A stretch of DNA of 64,000 nt from Lytechinus pictus. Taxonomy: Eukaryota. Below, one piece after another: positions 50,841-63,240 of the stretch. The stretch lies in contig NC_087251.1 of assembly GCF_037042905.1 (NCBI RefSeq), positions 37,760,001-37,824,000 on the forward strand, in the 5' to 3' direction. The notes under the pieces are model-generated. The model was not told the origin of the DNA and did no database searches. It was given only the letters and a program-made list of their open reading frames with translations. Each line of letters opens with the position of its first letter. Within the stretch, counting starts at the first letter, position 1. A program made the translations under genes and the position numbers.

Positions 50841-52190
50841 GTAAATGATCAGGGGAAGTGGATGATGATGGCAATCATTTTTGCAAAGCAATTTGTGTAA
50901 GGCAACTTGTCAGAAGTTTGTGCTGCATCTTTAAGCAGAATCCTGCTTATAATTGTAAAGGTGCTATGCACCTTTCATAGTTTATTTCAATCTTTCCCTG
51001 TTATTTTTGTATGATGAAGCATCAGGATTGGAACTGAAAAGACCCTTGCAGGCTTCCTGGGGAAAAGATGCAGCTCTGACTTTTAAAAAGTTGCCTAAAA
51101 AGTAATGGAAAGTGTGGGTTATCCCACCCAAAGCCGATTTAAACCATATTTTCTTATCAAATTCAGGGAGGAAAGAGCAAGATCAAGCTGCTTTCCTTTG
51201 ACCCCATGCTCGATGCCCCCAATCCCCAATAAGTTATGAATTATTAAATTTATATCTGTTAACCTGGTTATATAATAGAATGCATGAATAAACTGCTGCA
51301 TCTGAAAACTGTATGTCAGCAACTTTTTGCTGTTCTTTTTAATGATTTCTCATCAATTGTCAAAAACAAATGCAAGCTTGAAATTTCCCTACATTTTTCA
51401 ACTGCAAAGGTACTAAAAAAGAAAGACACTGAAGCAAATGCCATATATCAGAGATTTTAAATTATGGATTAATTGGAATGTGAGCAAATGATCAGAACAT
51501 AGTCAAATATTGAATTTTTGTAAGGATCTAATTTTCCTTTGATCGACTTTGGAACACAAATTATGAGATAGGCATAGTACTGAATTTGAGTGACTGTTTG
51601 GTGTCCTATTTCTAACACAAACCGTTCATGAGCTGTATAAGTTATATTGTAATTAACCAATATTTTCGTAAATTCAAAACTGGGATTGGCTTGTGAAAAT
51701 CACTGCAGCAGCAGGACGGCTTGCCGCGTGGAAATTCAAAGATAATGGGAATTTCGCCAATCCCATTGTTATGCTTTGGAACCCATGAATGTGTTTTGCA
51801 TTAATTACAAGTTACAGGGGGGGGTAGCCCCCTTTGTCACCGCTGCATCCGCACCTGGATATTATTTTTTATTGGAGCTCAAATTGGATTTCTATTTTGT
51901 CATTCTATCATCGTTTAATACATGCATTACATAATGTTATACGTGTGTTATAATAAGTTTTAAAAATATATATCGAATAATTACACCCGTGAAAGTGAGA
52001 TTTTGTTGTAACATGCTGATTTATCAGAATAACCAGCATGATAAAGGTATTTGACCGATGACATTTACAATATTTTCTTACAGCAATGAAATAAAATATT
52101 TATCCCATTAACACATCCAACCATGATAAGCAGCCAACGCCAATAATCTTATTTATTTGCATTAATATTTTTTTCATATTTTTTTAACAG

Positions 52191-52668
52191 CTTTCCATTC
52201 CAAATGGAATAAGGATGTTGGAGTTCACCATCCCTCCCTTTAGCTTTTTATCCGGTGCTTGAAGGATGAAGAGAGATCTTGGTGCGTTCAACTACAGCAA
52301 GCAAGGAGGGGCCTTATTCCTTCTACCAGGAAGAGGAAGTGGAGCATACCGGAAAGGAGGATTGCTTGACTCCTGGGGGGTGTTTCACAAAGATTGAGTA
52401 TGACTTAAAGTTGCACTTAAATGCCTAGTTCCGTGCAGTATCAAAGGCATGACCGCATTGGTAAGATCATGCCAAGATGACGCGCACTACTGCGTATCAA
52501 TCAATGAGATTGTGCGTTGCATATCATGTACGTGTCGGCATTTAAATGTGACTCTAAGTCATACTTAAATCTTTGTGAAACACCCACCAGGAGTTCTACA
52601 ATCGGGGCGATCATACCCTCATCCAATATTGGCGCGCAGATACGTATGCTATCAAAGCATATCCCTAA
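52191..52668 (+). pseudogene. Mutator/MULE transposase terminal exon, dead
   Basis: tttaacag acceptor; FHSKWNKDVGVHHPSL*LFIRCLKDEE..RKRKW..RRIA*L[MITE]EFYNRGDHTLIQYWRA..* resembles the segment after the MULE RTNNxxE motif. Confidence 0.7.
52376..52587. mobile_element. Harbinger-like MITE inserted in the MULE exon
   Basis: gggggtgtttcacaaagatt / aatctttgtgaaacacccac with CTG/CAG flanks; removing it restores the frame. Confidence 0.85.
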
Positions 52669-53905
52669 TATCAGGTATAAGGAACCTGAATGTATTTCTA
52701 TAAGAGCCCACTTTCGACCTCAAGCATTCCCCCATTGAGAAATCAGAATAAAAAATTATGATAAATTGAAAGAAGTTAGACAAGTATTGACTATAGTTAT
52801 GACTGTTTGAAAGTGAGATCATAGGGATGTTTCTAAAATATTTGTATTTTATATCTATTTACAATATCTAATGTAAATAGTGGCATTATAAACTAACCAA
52901 ATCATCAAGAAACCCTTGATGATGTTACATACTAGAATTCCATACTGTTACGCATTGCAATGCAAGAAAAGGTTATCAAAATAAGAAAATCAGAAGAAAA
53001 ATTGTATAGTTTTCATCCTTTCACATTAATTACCTATTTGAGGCATTATTTTACTGGGGTGCGGAAATGATGGCAAAAATTTGTTTAGAATATTCTAAGA
53101 TCAATAGTTGTGTTGGTTCTGTTTTGATAAATCTGTATTAGCATGGTGTCCTTAATTGTAATGACCGATAGTCACCTCTGCTGTCTACCACGCTCTGCAA
53201 CAGAAATCGGTATGCATGTCACCCACATTGTTATCTACAGACTGTACACTTAATTTTGATATTATCTAATCAATTTTGCTTATTTATGCATAAATGAGAC
53301 ATATACTCTTTATCAATCAAATATAGCCCCAAACTTTTGTTTCGGAACTCCTTGTGGGATTCTTACCAAACTTTTCTAATGAAATGAAATTGTGAAGTTT
53401 ATGATTTTCAAAATTTACTATTTATTTCAATAATTTTTAAAATCTATTTTGTTTTCCAAATTTGCTTATGATACTATTTCAATCTTAAATAACCTGATTT
53501 TAATTTATTTTAAGCATTTAAAGCAGAAAATACTGATACATTCATAAATTTAAGTTTTAAGATTTGAGTATTCATTTAATTGAAAATTTATGAATCGACT
53601 GAAAACGTATACCTAATCTACCTAATACGGGAGATTTCCATTACGGTATGTAAATCAAAGTGAATGAACTAAATGCCAGTTTAGAAGACTTATTGTGAAT
53701 TTGCTACTCATGAATCCATGTTTTAAATATGTTATATGATGACTTTTGTGTAGCTCCAAGGGGCAGGTCCAAGCTATTATCTCTTTGCTGGCATACTATG
53801 TAGGACATGATTATTACTAGGAGTATAAATATGTGCATAAGGTTGGTATTATGCCTAGTTGGTTTTTGTGAAGTTACTTTGGTTTTCTACCTTCTCTTGA
53901 TGAAG

Positions 53906-53946
53906 TATAAAAGGCCCTGTCACATCCTTCCGTGCAAGCCTTGCAG
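53906..53946 (+). pseudogene. Candidate micro-exon YKRPCHILPCKPC(R)
   Basis: Pyrimidine tract plus AG, strong CAG|gtaagt donor; phase 0-2 bridges the 50559 and 56987 exons. Confidence 0.35.
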
Positions 53947-54997
53947 GTAAGTTGTGGGCAATCACCCACAATTCACCTGCAACAAAATGCTCAAAAGATT
54001 TTTGTGGAAAAATCAGACTTTGATGCCCTCTTGCAGGCAACTGTGTGCGAGATACTGTTAATGCAGGCGACGTACGGATAGCCAAAAAAAATACCGCAAG
54101 CTACATGTAAGGCCTGAATGAAATGAAGTGACAAGACCTTTGAATGGTACTTGGGGGGGGGGGGGTTGTGTATGTTGCCTATTTCTGCAAAAGTGGATCC
54201 AAAGGTTTTCCAGAGTTTTTGCCTCTTTAGTTTTATCTCTGGTTTTTTACCCTGGAGCTACTTGTCGTAGAATTGTTTAACACCCCCCCCCCCCCCCATT
54301 TTCTGTGCAATACTTTATATATACTTATTTCCCATGAATAATGTTGATATGTTCTGTCCAATCTAATGATATGTAAATTTTCATTTTTTATCTAAATTAT
54401 AGATAAAGGGTATTTCAAATGCACAGAATAGGGAAGTTTGTTATTAACCTAAATTCAATCAATATAAGTACAGAAGATATAGTGGTCATGTATTCAAAGG
54501 TCACAGATGACAAATATGTCGAAATATCATGTTCATGCGATCACTGAAGAACTGTTTGAGGGATCAACTTCATTTAGATTGGAGGGGCAAGAATCTGATT
54601 AGATTTGGAGTCAATATGTACCAGAAGTATGTTTGTTCCCATGATAAAGAACCATGTAAGGGTTCAACTTCAAAATCGGCTTGTGTATGCATATGGGTGT
54701 GACAAAGATCTGATTCAATTTCTGGGTCAAAGGTCAAACAGGTTCCATATTGAAAATCCCATTCTCAAAATATTTGAATACTTGTTTCCTGTATTCATAT
54801 CAGAAGCATAGTGACTTTGGGTTTATGAGGTCAAAAGTCACAGAGGTCATTTTGAACTATTTCTTATCTTTCAATAAGTTAAGAACCATTTGAGGGTTAT
54901 TGTATGCCTTCAAATATTTATTTCTCACAAAAATTGAAGATGTTTTAGTACTTTAATTTGAACTTTGCTCATGTATGCATATGTGATTGAGGATCTG

Positions 54998-56178
54998 TTT
55001 TTGTCTCGCCTGCATAGCAGAGCGAGACTATAGGCGCCGCTTTTCCGACGGCGGCGGCGGCGTCAACATCAAATCTTAACCTAAGGTTAAGTTTTTGAAA
55101 TTACATCATAACTTAGAAAGTCTATAGACCTAGTTCATGAAACTTGGACATAAGGTTAATCAAGTATTACTGAACATCCTGCCTGAGTTTCAGGTCACAT
55201 GACCAAGGTCAAAGGTCATTTAGGGTCAATGAACTTTGACCATGTTGGGAGAATTATTTTCAAAATCTTAACCGAAGGTTAAGTTTTTGAAATTACATAA
55301 TAACTTAGAAAGTATATGGACCTAGTTCATGAAACTTGGGCATAAGGTTAATCAAGTAAAAGTGAACATCCTGCTTGAGTTTCAGGTCACGTGACCAAGG
55401 TCAAAGGTCATTTAGGGTCAATGAACTTTGGTCAAGTTGGGGGTATTTGTTGAATTACCATCATAACTTTGAAAATTTATGGATCTAGTTCATGAAACTT
55501 GGACATTAGGTTAATTAAGTACCACTGAATATCCTGTGCGAGTTTCAGGTCACATGACCATGGTCAATGGTCATTTAAGGTCAATGAACTTTGGCCGTGT
55601 TGGGGGTATTTGTTAAATTACCATCCTAACTCTGAAAGTTTACGGATCTAGTTCATAAAACTCGAACAAAAGAGTAATCAAGTATCACTGAACATCCTGT
55701 ACGAGTTTCAGGTCACATGACCATGGTCAAAGGTCATTAAAGGTCAATGAACTTTGGCCGTGTTGGGGGTATTTGTTGAATTACCATCGTAACTCTGAAA
55801 GTTTATGGATCTAGTTCATAAAACTTGGGATATAAGAGTAATCAAGTATCACTGAACATCCCCTGTGAATTTCAGGTCACAAAACCAAGGTCAAAGGTCA
55901 GTTAAGGTCAATAAACTTAGGCAATGTTGGGGTAATTGTTGAATTGCCATCATAACTTTGAAAGTTTATAGATAGAGTGAATGAAATGTGGACATGGGTG
56001 TAGTTGACAAGTCTTAAGTCACCGTTCAAATGTCATTTATGGTCAATGAACGTGGTATTATGTCATTATATGAATGGTGTTTTTGAGAATGATTATTTTA
56101 TAGTAGTTTTCAAAGTTAGCACTGCTGCTATATTAAATCGCGTAATGCAGGCGAGACTGCCAGAGCGTTCCACTTGTT
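54998..56178 (+). mobile_element. Helentron-associated non-autonomous element (HINE/DINE-1-like) with internal 163-bp tandem repeats
   Basis: 5' ttttgtctcgcctgca inverted near the 3' end (tgcaggcgagac); (ggc)n microsatellite; about 6 repeats with ggtcaaaggtca; T-rich insertion site. Older relatives near 32380, 33775-33970, 49810-49900 and 54390-54900. Confidence 0.75.
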
Positions 56179-56986
56179 ATTATTTACACCTCAAGGTCAA
56201 ATGTCCTGGAGGCCATTATTTGAAAATATGATATATGTATTTCAATGGCAGAGGCATTATTTTACTGTATGCAATTGAGAGTTGATCTATCATCTACTAG
56301 TAGTTTATTTCAATTTACTCATAGTCTCAGTAATGTATGGTGCCAGTCATGTTTATATAGGTCTGGTATTAGATGTGTTAAAAGTTTATGACTCTTGAGA
56401 AACAACTCTGGGAAAATTTTCACAAATAGTTAAATTACACTCAAATCATGCATACATGTAAGACAGTGTTAATGCACTTATGTTTGATACACAGCCTTAT
56501 TGTTTCATTTTCAGTAGAGTTTGTCCTGTTAGGGAGATCCAACCAATATGGGGATCCCTTATTTTCATATGCAATTGAAAATTTTAGAGCATTTTTAGTC
56601 ATTCTCAAATCTTTGTAAAACCCCTCTTTGATTTGTCTCTTACCTGTATGTAAAATAGCTTGGACCTGCCGACACGTACTGTATATTAGGGACAGTGATT
56701 TTCCGTTTAATACCGGTAAATCATAACAGAAAATTATTTGTGGTTGGAATTAATGTGATATGTCATTGAGTTTATCTTTGCAAACTGAATTCAAGCTTTT
56801 GCTTTGTACAAACACAAAATCTCCATTTTAGATCAAGTTTGAAACAGAATTGTAGGTTTTCAGAAACGGAAATGACCATGTTTTGAAATGGAAAATCTCT
56901 GTCCCTGCCTATAGTCTTTGATTGTACTATATTGCTTTGCTTGCTTTGTACTCATTATTTTTTTATTTCTTGAAAAAGAATGTAAG

Positions 56987-57210
56987 ACCAGCAGCCCAGA
57001 AGATTCATTCAAGTTACAGGACCATAGCAGTTGATCTCAATCGATGGTGGTAGGCCCTGAACCTCACAAACATGGCTTCCTGTCTGGTTTGAGCTGGGAT
57101 CTTCCTGCCAGAATCACACAATTAGCGACATCACTACCAAGAGATATATTTTTCAGTGTGCAGAGAAGGGCATTGGACACTGTTGTGCATGGTATACAAC
57201 TTGCCACAAC
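56987..57210 (+). pseudogene. Ulp1/C48 SUMO-protease-like exon with 3 in-frame stops
   Basis: Frame reads ..YQEIYFSVCREGHWTLLCM, like the Ulp1 catalytic His motif (IxxPxxxxxHWxLL); gtaagt donor at 57211. Confidence 0.45.
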
Positions 57211-58648
57211 GTAAGTGCTTTAATAATGATTTCAATGATATTTTTGTAGCCTAAAGTATGTGAGACAATGCAATTGGTTTTCCAGTTTATGTACTGAGGG
57301 CAAAAACTTTTGTGAAAATATTGGACATCAATTTTCCATGATCAAGTTTTTCTCTCTCTTTTTAATGATTGTAATCCCTTCTCTTTACCATTACTGTTTT
57401 TTCTTCCCATTTATGTATCCTTTTGTAGGCTGTACAATGTATGTCAATCCATTGAATCTTTTTTTATATACCTCTCAGTACTATTTGTTCTAGCTGTTGC
57501 TCTAACTTTCTTTTTGTTTCACATTGCTGCGACATGATATCTGCCATGACTGATTTATATATACAGACATTGATTTTTTTAATTGCAGAGCAATGATAGA
57601 GCAATGTGAATTATTTTGCAATATATATTCTCTTTTCTGTATGTGTTAATTTTTTGGTCAAACTAATTTGAATAAATATTTCAAACTTTATCACGGTCAT
57701 GTCACCATGTACGTACATAGACCTCATGTTTGCTGAGTGTGTATCCATCATGTATTCACAGAATGTGAAGAGATAATGTGGACTGCACGAATGTTTAGAT
57801 ATGTGATGATCAAGGTAGATTCTCAAAATAGGTTTGTCTGCCCAAATCTTCAACTTCGGATATAAATTTTTCCACCCATTTTTATGAGGGTTGTGCACTT
57901 CAATGGTTTTTCCACAATGTGTAAAAAAAATGCTCCTTCAATCAGAGCAATATAAGTCTGGAATCTTGTTTCAGAAGTGCAATGTCAAACTTTGATTTCT
58001 AGAGCCTTCCCAGAGTAGTGTTTTAAGTTGACCCATATTGATATTTGAAATATTGATGGAGCAGTGTTGTCAATATGGCTTTGGAGCTTGGTGGCATCGA
58101 TCAAGATGGATAAAAAACTGGTTTGCACTCCAAATCGACGCAGGTAACCATTTGTTCTGCACAAAGAGAAGAGAGAGGAACTGGCAACGTATGTTGGAAG
58201 AATGCTGCAGACTTCTAGAAATTTGTTTCCGTTGCATGCAACATCTTTATATTTGGTGTTTGGAATCTGGTAATGTTGCGCTGATCTTCAAGTACTGTCT
58301 GACCACAAGGAATTGTGTTCCTTTGAGCTTATGCATGTTATGCAGAGCTCTTCGAAACCTCATGCAAGTCACATGCTTCTTGGACTCACAAATGCTGATA
58401 TCTTGTGAGAGTGTTGGCCTCTTTGTGGAGTAATTCTAAGTGGATCTAGTTCCAGTTGGTTATTTTTGTCTTTTCTAGCCAATTGATATTTCCCTGTTTA
58501 TTGGATTTTCCCGGAGTTATGAAAGGCAAGTCTTGGTATTACAGAGTCAGAGTCAATAAAGGCAATTTTTTTGCTCCCCATGCATGTCGATATTGTCACC
58601 AAAAGGGAAGCTACGTACATCTGATGCATTTTCTGGCTTAGTTGTTAA

Positions 58649-59349
58649 CCCTAAAAGAGCTTGGTTATTTGGACCCATCTCACAACCGGGGAGGGGGGGG
58701 GGGATCCGCTCCCCTGAGATCTAGGCCTTCGATTGCGCGAGCGCCGCAAAATTTTGCATAGTGGTAGTGTGTGATAAAATCTACAAGGCTGTATGGTTAA
58801 TTTTTTGAAATGATAAGATTTTTCATTTAATGAATTAATTATGCTAATTTATGCATGAAATAAAACATTTGCTCTAATCAACTATCATATGGCCCCAAAA
58901 CTGCTAATTTTTCATTCACAGACTCTTTGTAGGATCTCGATCAAATGTACTTCAAAAAAAAATTTGGTATCGCAATTTTTTTCTTATGTATTTTCGACTT
59001 TTTGTTTTTTATTGTTTTTTGATGGAAATTGATGCAGACTTAATTCTGATCATAAACTAGACAAAGTTTAATTTGTGAAATTAGAAAATAATGATACATT
59101 TATGAATTTTGGCTAAATGCACAATTTGCATTGGATTTGTACATGAATTCACGTTTTTGAGCAGTTTTAGGTCTGACATGCACTTACATTATATTGCGTA
59201 ATTTTGTAACCGCGTACCCGGGCATCGCAAATTTGGTCTCAAAAGTTTTGCAAGATTTTAAAGTAAAGAGTCAGTGAGCGGCGCGGTTGAAAAATTTCAC
59301 GTGAAAAATGTAGGGGGGCGGAATGTGTCCCCCCCCTGACCTTTTAGGG
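58649..59349. mobile_element. piggyBac-like MITE
   Basis: TTAA-ccctaaaag...cttttaggg-TTAA. Confidence 0.8.
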
Positions 59350-59549
59350 TTAAACCCCAATGCACTTGTTTGAATTCTGATAAAGCAGATTCTCTAAGTC
59401 TTTGTCAACATTTATTTTCTGTGTCCAGGAGGAAATGCTCTTTCTTTGGAATGAATTTTGAATAAATTTTCTGTTCAGAGGAAACTTCATCACAGTTCAG
59501 GTATTCAGAAATGTTTTCCCTTAAAGTGAGGGGGAAATTACTGGTTTAA

Positions 59550-60011
59550 CCCTATATAGCCCAGGCTCTTTTGAATTTCATAGTCGATCTGGCCACTATA
59601 TCTAGGATTCTCTTCAAATTTTATCCTATGTATTTCTTTGTTTTTTTAATGATTTTTCTATGAAAGTTGTCACTATTTCAGTCATATTACATGAAATCAA
59701 TAGCTTGTAATCAGTAAGAGTAAAAATAATGATACATTTATGAATTTTGGCTACATACAGAATTTGTATTGGATTTGTCAAATAAAATCATGTTTTTGAG
59801 CAATTTTTGGTCTGACATGCACTTACAAAACATTGCCTCACTTCGTAACTGCATACCATCACGTTGTGAATGTGGTCTTAAAAGTTGCGTGAGAATCTTT
59901 CATGAAATGTTGTGGCCTGATCTTTAAAGATTTATCGCAAAAAATAATGGGGGGGGGGCTATATAAAAAGCTATATAAAAAGTCCCCCCCCCCCCTTCCG
60001 GGCTAGATGGG
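59550..60011. mobile_element. piggyBac-like MITE related to 58649-59349
   Basis: TTAA-ccct..tagccc...gggctag..ggg-TTAA; shared internal aataatgatacatttatgaattttggcta. Confidence 0.75.
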
Positions 60012-60269
60012 TTAAGGTATGCATGTACCTGCTTACTATCGCCAGTTATATTTGAAGAAGGGCTTCCACTCAATGATTCAATTTGTTTATGATCTTGTGA
60101 CATTTGAAAATCTTTCATGGGAACTTTTGAGTCTTTCACTTCTTTGCAATGATCATTCAATGCATAATTTGCAGACCATCATAAAATTATTTCCTTCTTC
60201 TTGCTTATCGTTCCTTTGATCATGTCAGAGAAGTTTCTCAGCCACGTCCTGAAGCTTGACCTGAAGTGA

Positions 60270-60640
60270 TGCGAGGCTGTTCATTCATCCATCTTCCGGT
60301 CTGTGGGTAGGGCAGTGATTGGTAGATTTTTACAACAGTGTCCCTTTGGCTAAAGATATAGTTTCCTATATCTAGCATGGAACAAGTTTGGGAAATTTTG
60401 TTGGGTGCTGTCTGTCAGATTTGACATTGCATGATTTGGTGGATTGTTCCAACACTCCATGGCCTTTTGGCTAAAAAAGTGGTTTCTTCCAGTCTGGAAC
60501 AAGTTTGGACAATTTTATTTGGTGCTGTCTGTGAGAGTTGTCATTGGTTCTTGATGACCATTCAGCTGAAGAAATGGTTTCTTATATTCATGGATAGATT
60601 TTTTAATGAAATTTATTGGGTGCCGTCTCTGAAATTTGAC
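60270..60640 (-). mobile_element. Highly decayed CR1-like LINE 3' remnant with internal duplication
   Basis: RNHFFSQKAMECWNNPP resembles the CR1 RxxFFSQRVVxxWNxLP motif; the segment appears twice. Confidence 0.45.
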
Positions 60641-61939
60641 ATTTCACTTCACGACTATGGTTCATGCATTGTATTGCAATGATTGATGAGGTATTATAAA
60701 CCATTGTGGGATATGAAGTGTACTCCCTCAGGACAAGCCTATGTTGAGGTCCTAACTTATTAGATCTATCTATCATTGTCGGTGCCTCGCCTGATCACTC
60801 AGAGTTCATGGTTATGTGATGGATACAGTATGCAAGCAAACATTTGGTTCTTGTATGATGGTGAATGAATAAATTAGCTTGACAGGGAAAACAAAAACCC
60901 TGTTGGTTTCTATTTTGATCAAAATGCAGTGTTCATTGAAATTCATAGAAATACGATTGCATCATGTACAGAAAAAAGTATATTTATTTGCAAAATCTTA
61001 ATATATTCCATAATTTGCTCCTAAAAAAAATAACAAATCCAGCCAATATTGAATAGAAAATTAGAACATTGTCGTGTCAGTCATGGATAGTTCAAAGGAT
61101 GTGAAATGATTGAAAATGGGCAGATACAGAGAGCATTTCATGATGAGTTTTGTTAGTGATTATCACTGATTTGCTCTAAGCCAATCAGATGCAATGATTT
61201 GTTGGTGAAAATCACTGACAAAAATCTTCATGAAATGCTTTCCTGGATGGATAGTACAGGAAGGTATGGGAAGAGAGCAGAATCAGTGGATAAACTGCTA
61301 TTCATGTAGAAGGGAGGTGAGGGGGAGATGGTTGTAAGGAAGGGAGCAGATTAAAGGATGAATAAAAAGACTACAAAGGAAATTATTAGATGGATTCTTC
61401 TGGCAAGGAAGAGGGAAGGGGAGTAATTGGGAAAGAGGTGTGGGGGTAAAAGAAGTTTCTTTTCGAGGCAAAATTTAGATGTGAGTAAAGTTCCCCCTAA
61501 AAAAAAGTAACAGTTGCCCCCAGTAACATAATCATTTGGAAAGTTGATGCATTGTCTTTCATACTCTTGGCTACACAAAAGATCATTGAAATCATTAATA
61601 AAGCACTCTCATTGTGGAAAGTTGTATACCATGCACAGCAGTATCAAATGCCCTTCTCTTACACTGAAAAATAGGTCTCGAGGTAGTGATGTCACATATT
61701 GTGTGATTTTTGTCAAGGAGACCCTGGCTCAGACTAGGCTGCTTGTCATTTTGTGAGGGGGTAGGGTTTGCCCCATTGAATTAAGAGGTCATTAGCTGCT
61801 ATGGTATCTTGTATACTTGAATGAATCTTCTGGACTGCTGGTCAATTTTTTTTTGTTCACTTTTCTTTGAATAAATAAATTTTATAATCATTTGAAAAAT
61901 GTGTTTCAGTTCTGTTCAGTTGCAGTGTACATTGAATGC

Positions 61940-62195
61940 CCCTTTTTATCCATTGTGACCCCCTGACCACCCCCCTTTTTATCCATTGTGACCCCCTGAC
62001 CACCCCCTTTTATCCATTGTGACCCCCCCCCTTTTATCCATTGTGACCCCCTGACCACACCCCCTTTTATCCATTGTGACCCCCTGACCACACCCCCCTT
62101 TTATCCATTGTGACCCCCTGACCACCCCCCCTTTTTATCCATTGTGACCCCCTGACCACCCTATTATATCCATTGTGACCCCCTGACCACCCCTT
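61940..62195. repeat. About 33-bp minisatellite, 8 copies
   Basis: ttttatccattgtgaccccctgaccacccc with variable C runs. Confidence 0.95.
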
Positions 62196-62204
62196 TCTGT
62201 TCAG

Positions 62205-62345
62205 GGGCCCATTTCATAAAGTTATAGCTTTGCCATTATGGCAACTACCATGGCAACCTTGATTTTGATTGGCTGCTGAGCCCTGTTACCATAGTTGCCA
62301 CAATGGCAAAGTTACAACAGTTGTAACTCTTTATGTAATGGACCC
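62205..62345. mobile_element. Harbinger-like MITE
   Basis: CAG-gggcccatttcataaag...ctttatgtaatggaccc-CAG; degenerate relatives at about 630-770 and 61130-61245. Confidence 0.75.
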
Positions 62346-62499
62346 CAGGTTTCAGAAATTTATCTATTTTATATATGATTGCAAAGTATTTTAAGATTTG
62401 AAAGCTAAAATGGAAAATTGAACTGAATACAAAAGTCCTTAAGAACGGAAGTTTTAAATTGGGGAAAAATAAGACAAATTAAAATACTAATAATAAAGG

Positions 62500-62605
62500 T
62501 ATATTTACCCAGGGTAGCCACTTCAGTTCCGAAAACTGTTCTCCCAGCGGGCCCTGCTATTATTACCCGGCTAAGCTAGGCTACCTATTCGGTGCACACA
62601 GCTTC
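62500..62605 (-). mobile_element. SINE 3' fragment
   Basis: Overlaps in sequence with the 3' part of the SINE at 63030 (attacccggct..ggctacct) and ends in a LINE-like tail. Confidence 0.55.
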
Positions 62606-63029
62606 CAATTGCTAAAACACATTTTCGCTGGATAAAGTATTAAAATCCATCACTTTGAACTCTGATTTAAGTAGCCCGAATATTTTTATTTTCATTTTGT
62701 GTATTATTTTCCTTTGCCTCTATTCCAAATCTTTTGCTATTCACTTTCATGCAGTTCCAAAAATGCTGATAAATCCCACATATATAACTGGGAATGTTTC
62801 ATAGTAGAGTGATATATAAAAAAATAATAGCAATGTTTCAACTTAAACCAGAGTTCAGAAAGAGTAAATGACCCTGACATAGAGAGGGGGGAGGTACCTG
62901 ATTGTCAAAAGTTCCAAAGTGGAAATAGCGGAATCTGATACAATTTTTCTGAATATTATGTCAAAGTTGTCACATTTTCAAAAGGGTCATTTTTGTAATA
63001 AAATTATGCAACAATGTTTTATGCTGCAA

Positions 63030-63240
63030 ATTATCACCCCGGCTTTAGCACGGCTACCTTGATCGGGCGCTCGAGTATTCAGGGAATACTTTCCTACCGG
63101 GTATCCATTTACTACACTTGGGTGGAGAGTGGCACATGTAAATAAATGCCTTGCCCAAAAGACGCGAGTGCTGCGGTGGGATTTGAGCCCAGGATTTTGT
63201 GGTTCAAACTTCAGAGACTTTTATTCACCTAGTCACAACT
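63030..63240 (-). mobile_element. tRNA-derived SINE
   Basis: Minus strand: degenerate A box, B box gggctcaaatccc, then core gggcaaggcattt..ctctccacccaagtgt..aaatggatacc. Confidence 0.7.

Noticed and set aside
50532..50891. His/Cys-rich, Met-rich and hydrophobic ORFs
   Set aside because: Alternative frames of the 24-bp repeat; only the acidic frame fits the splice sites.
57700..58640. Coding-like composition and a 131-aa ORF
   Set aside because: No interpretable motif in any frame and many stops; probably a decayed TE I cannot classify.
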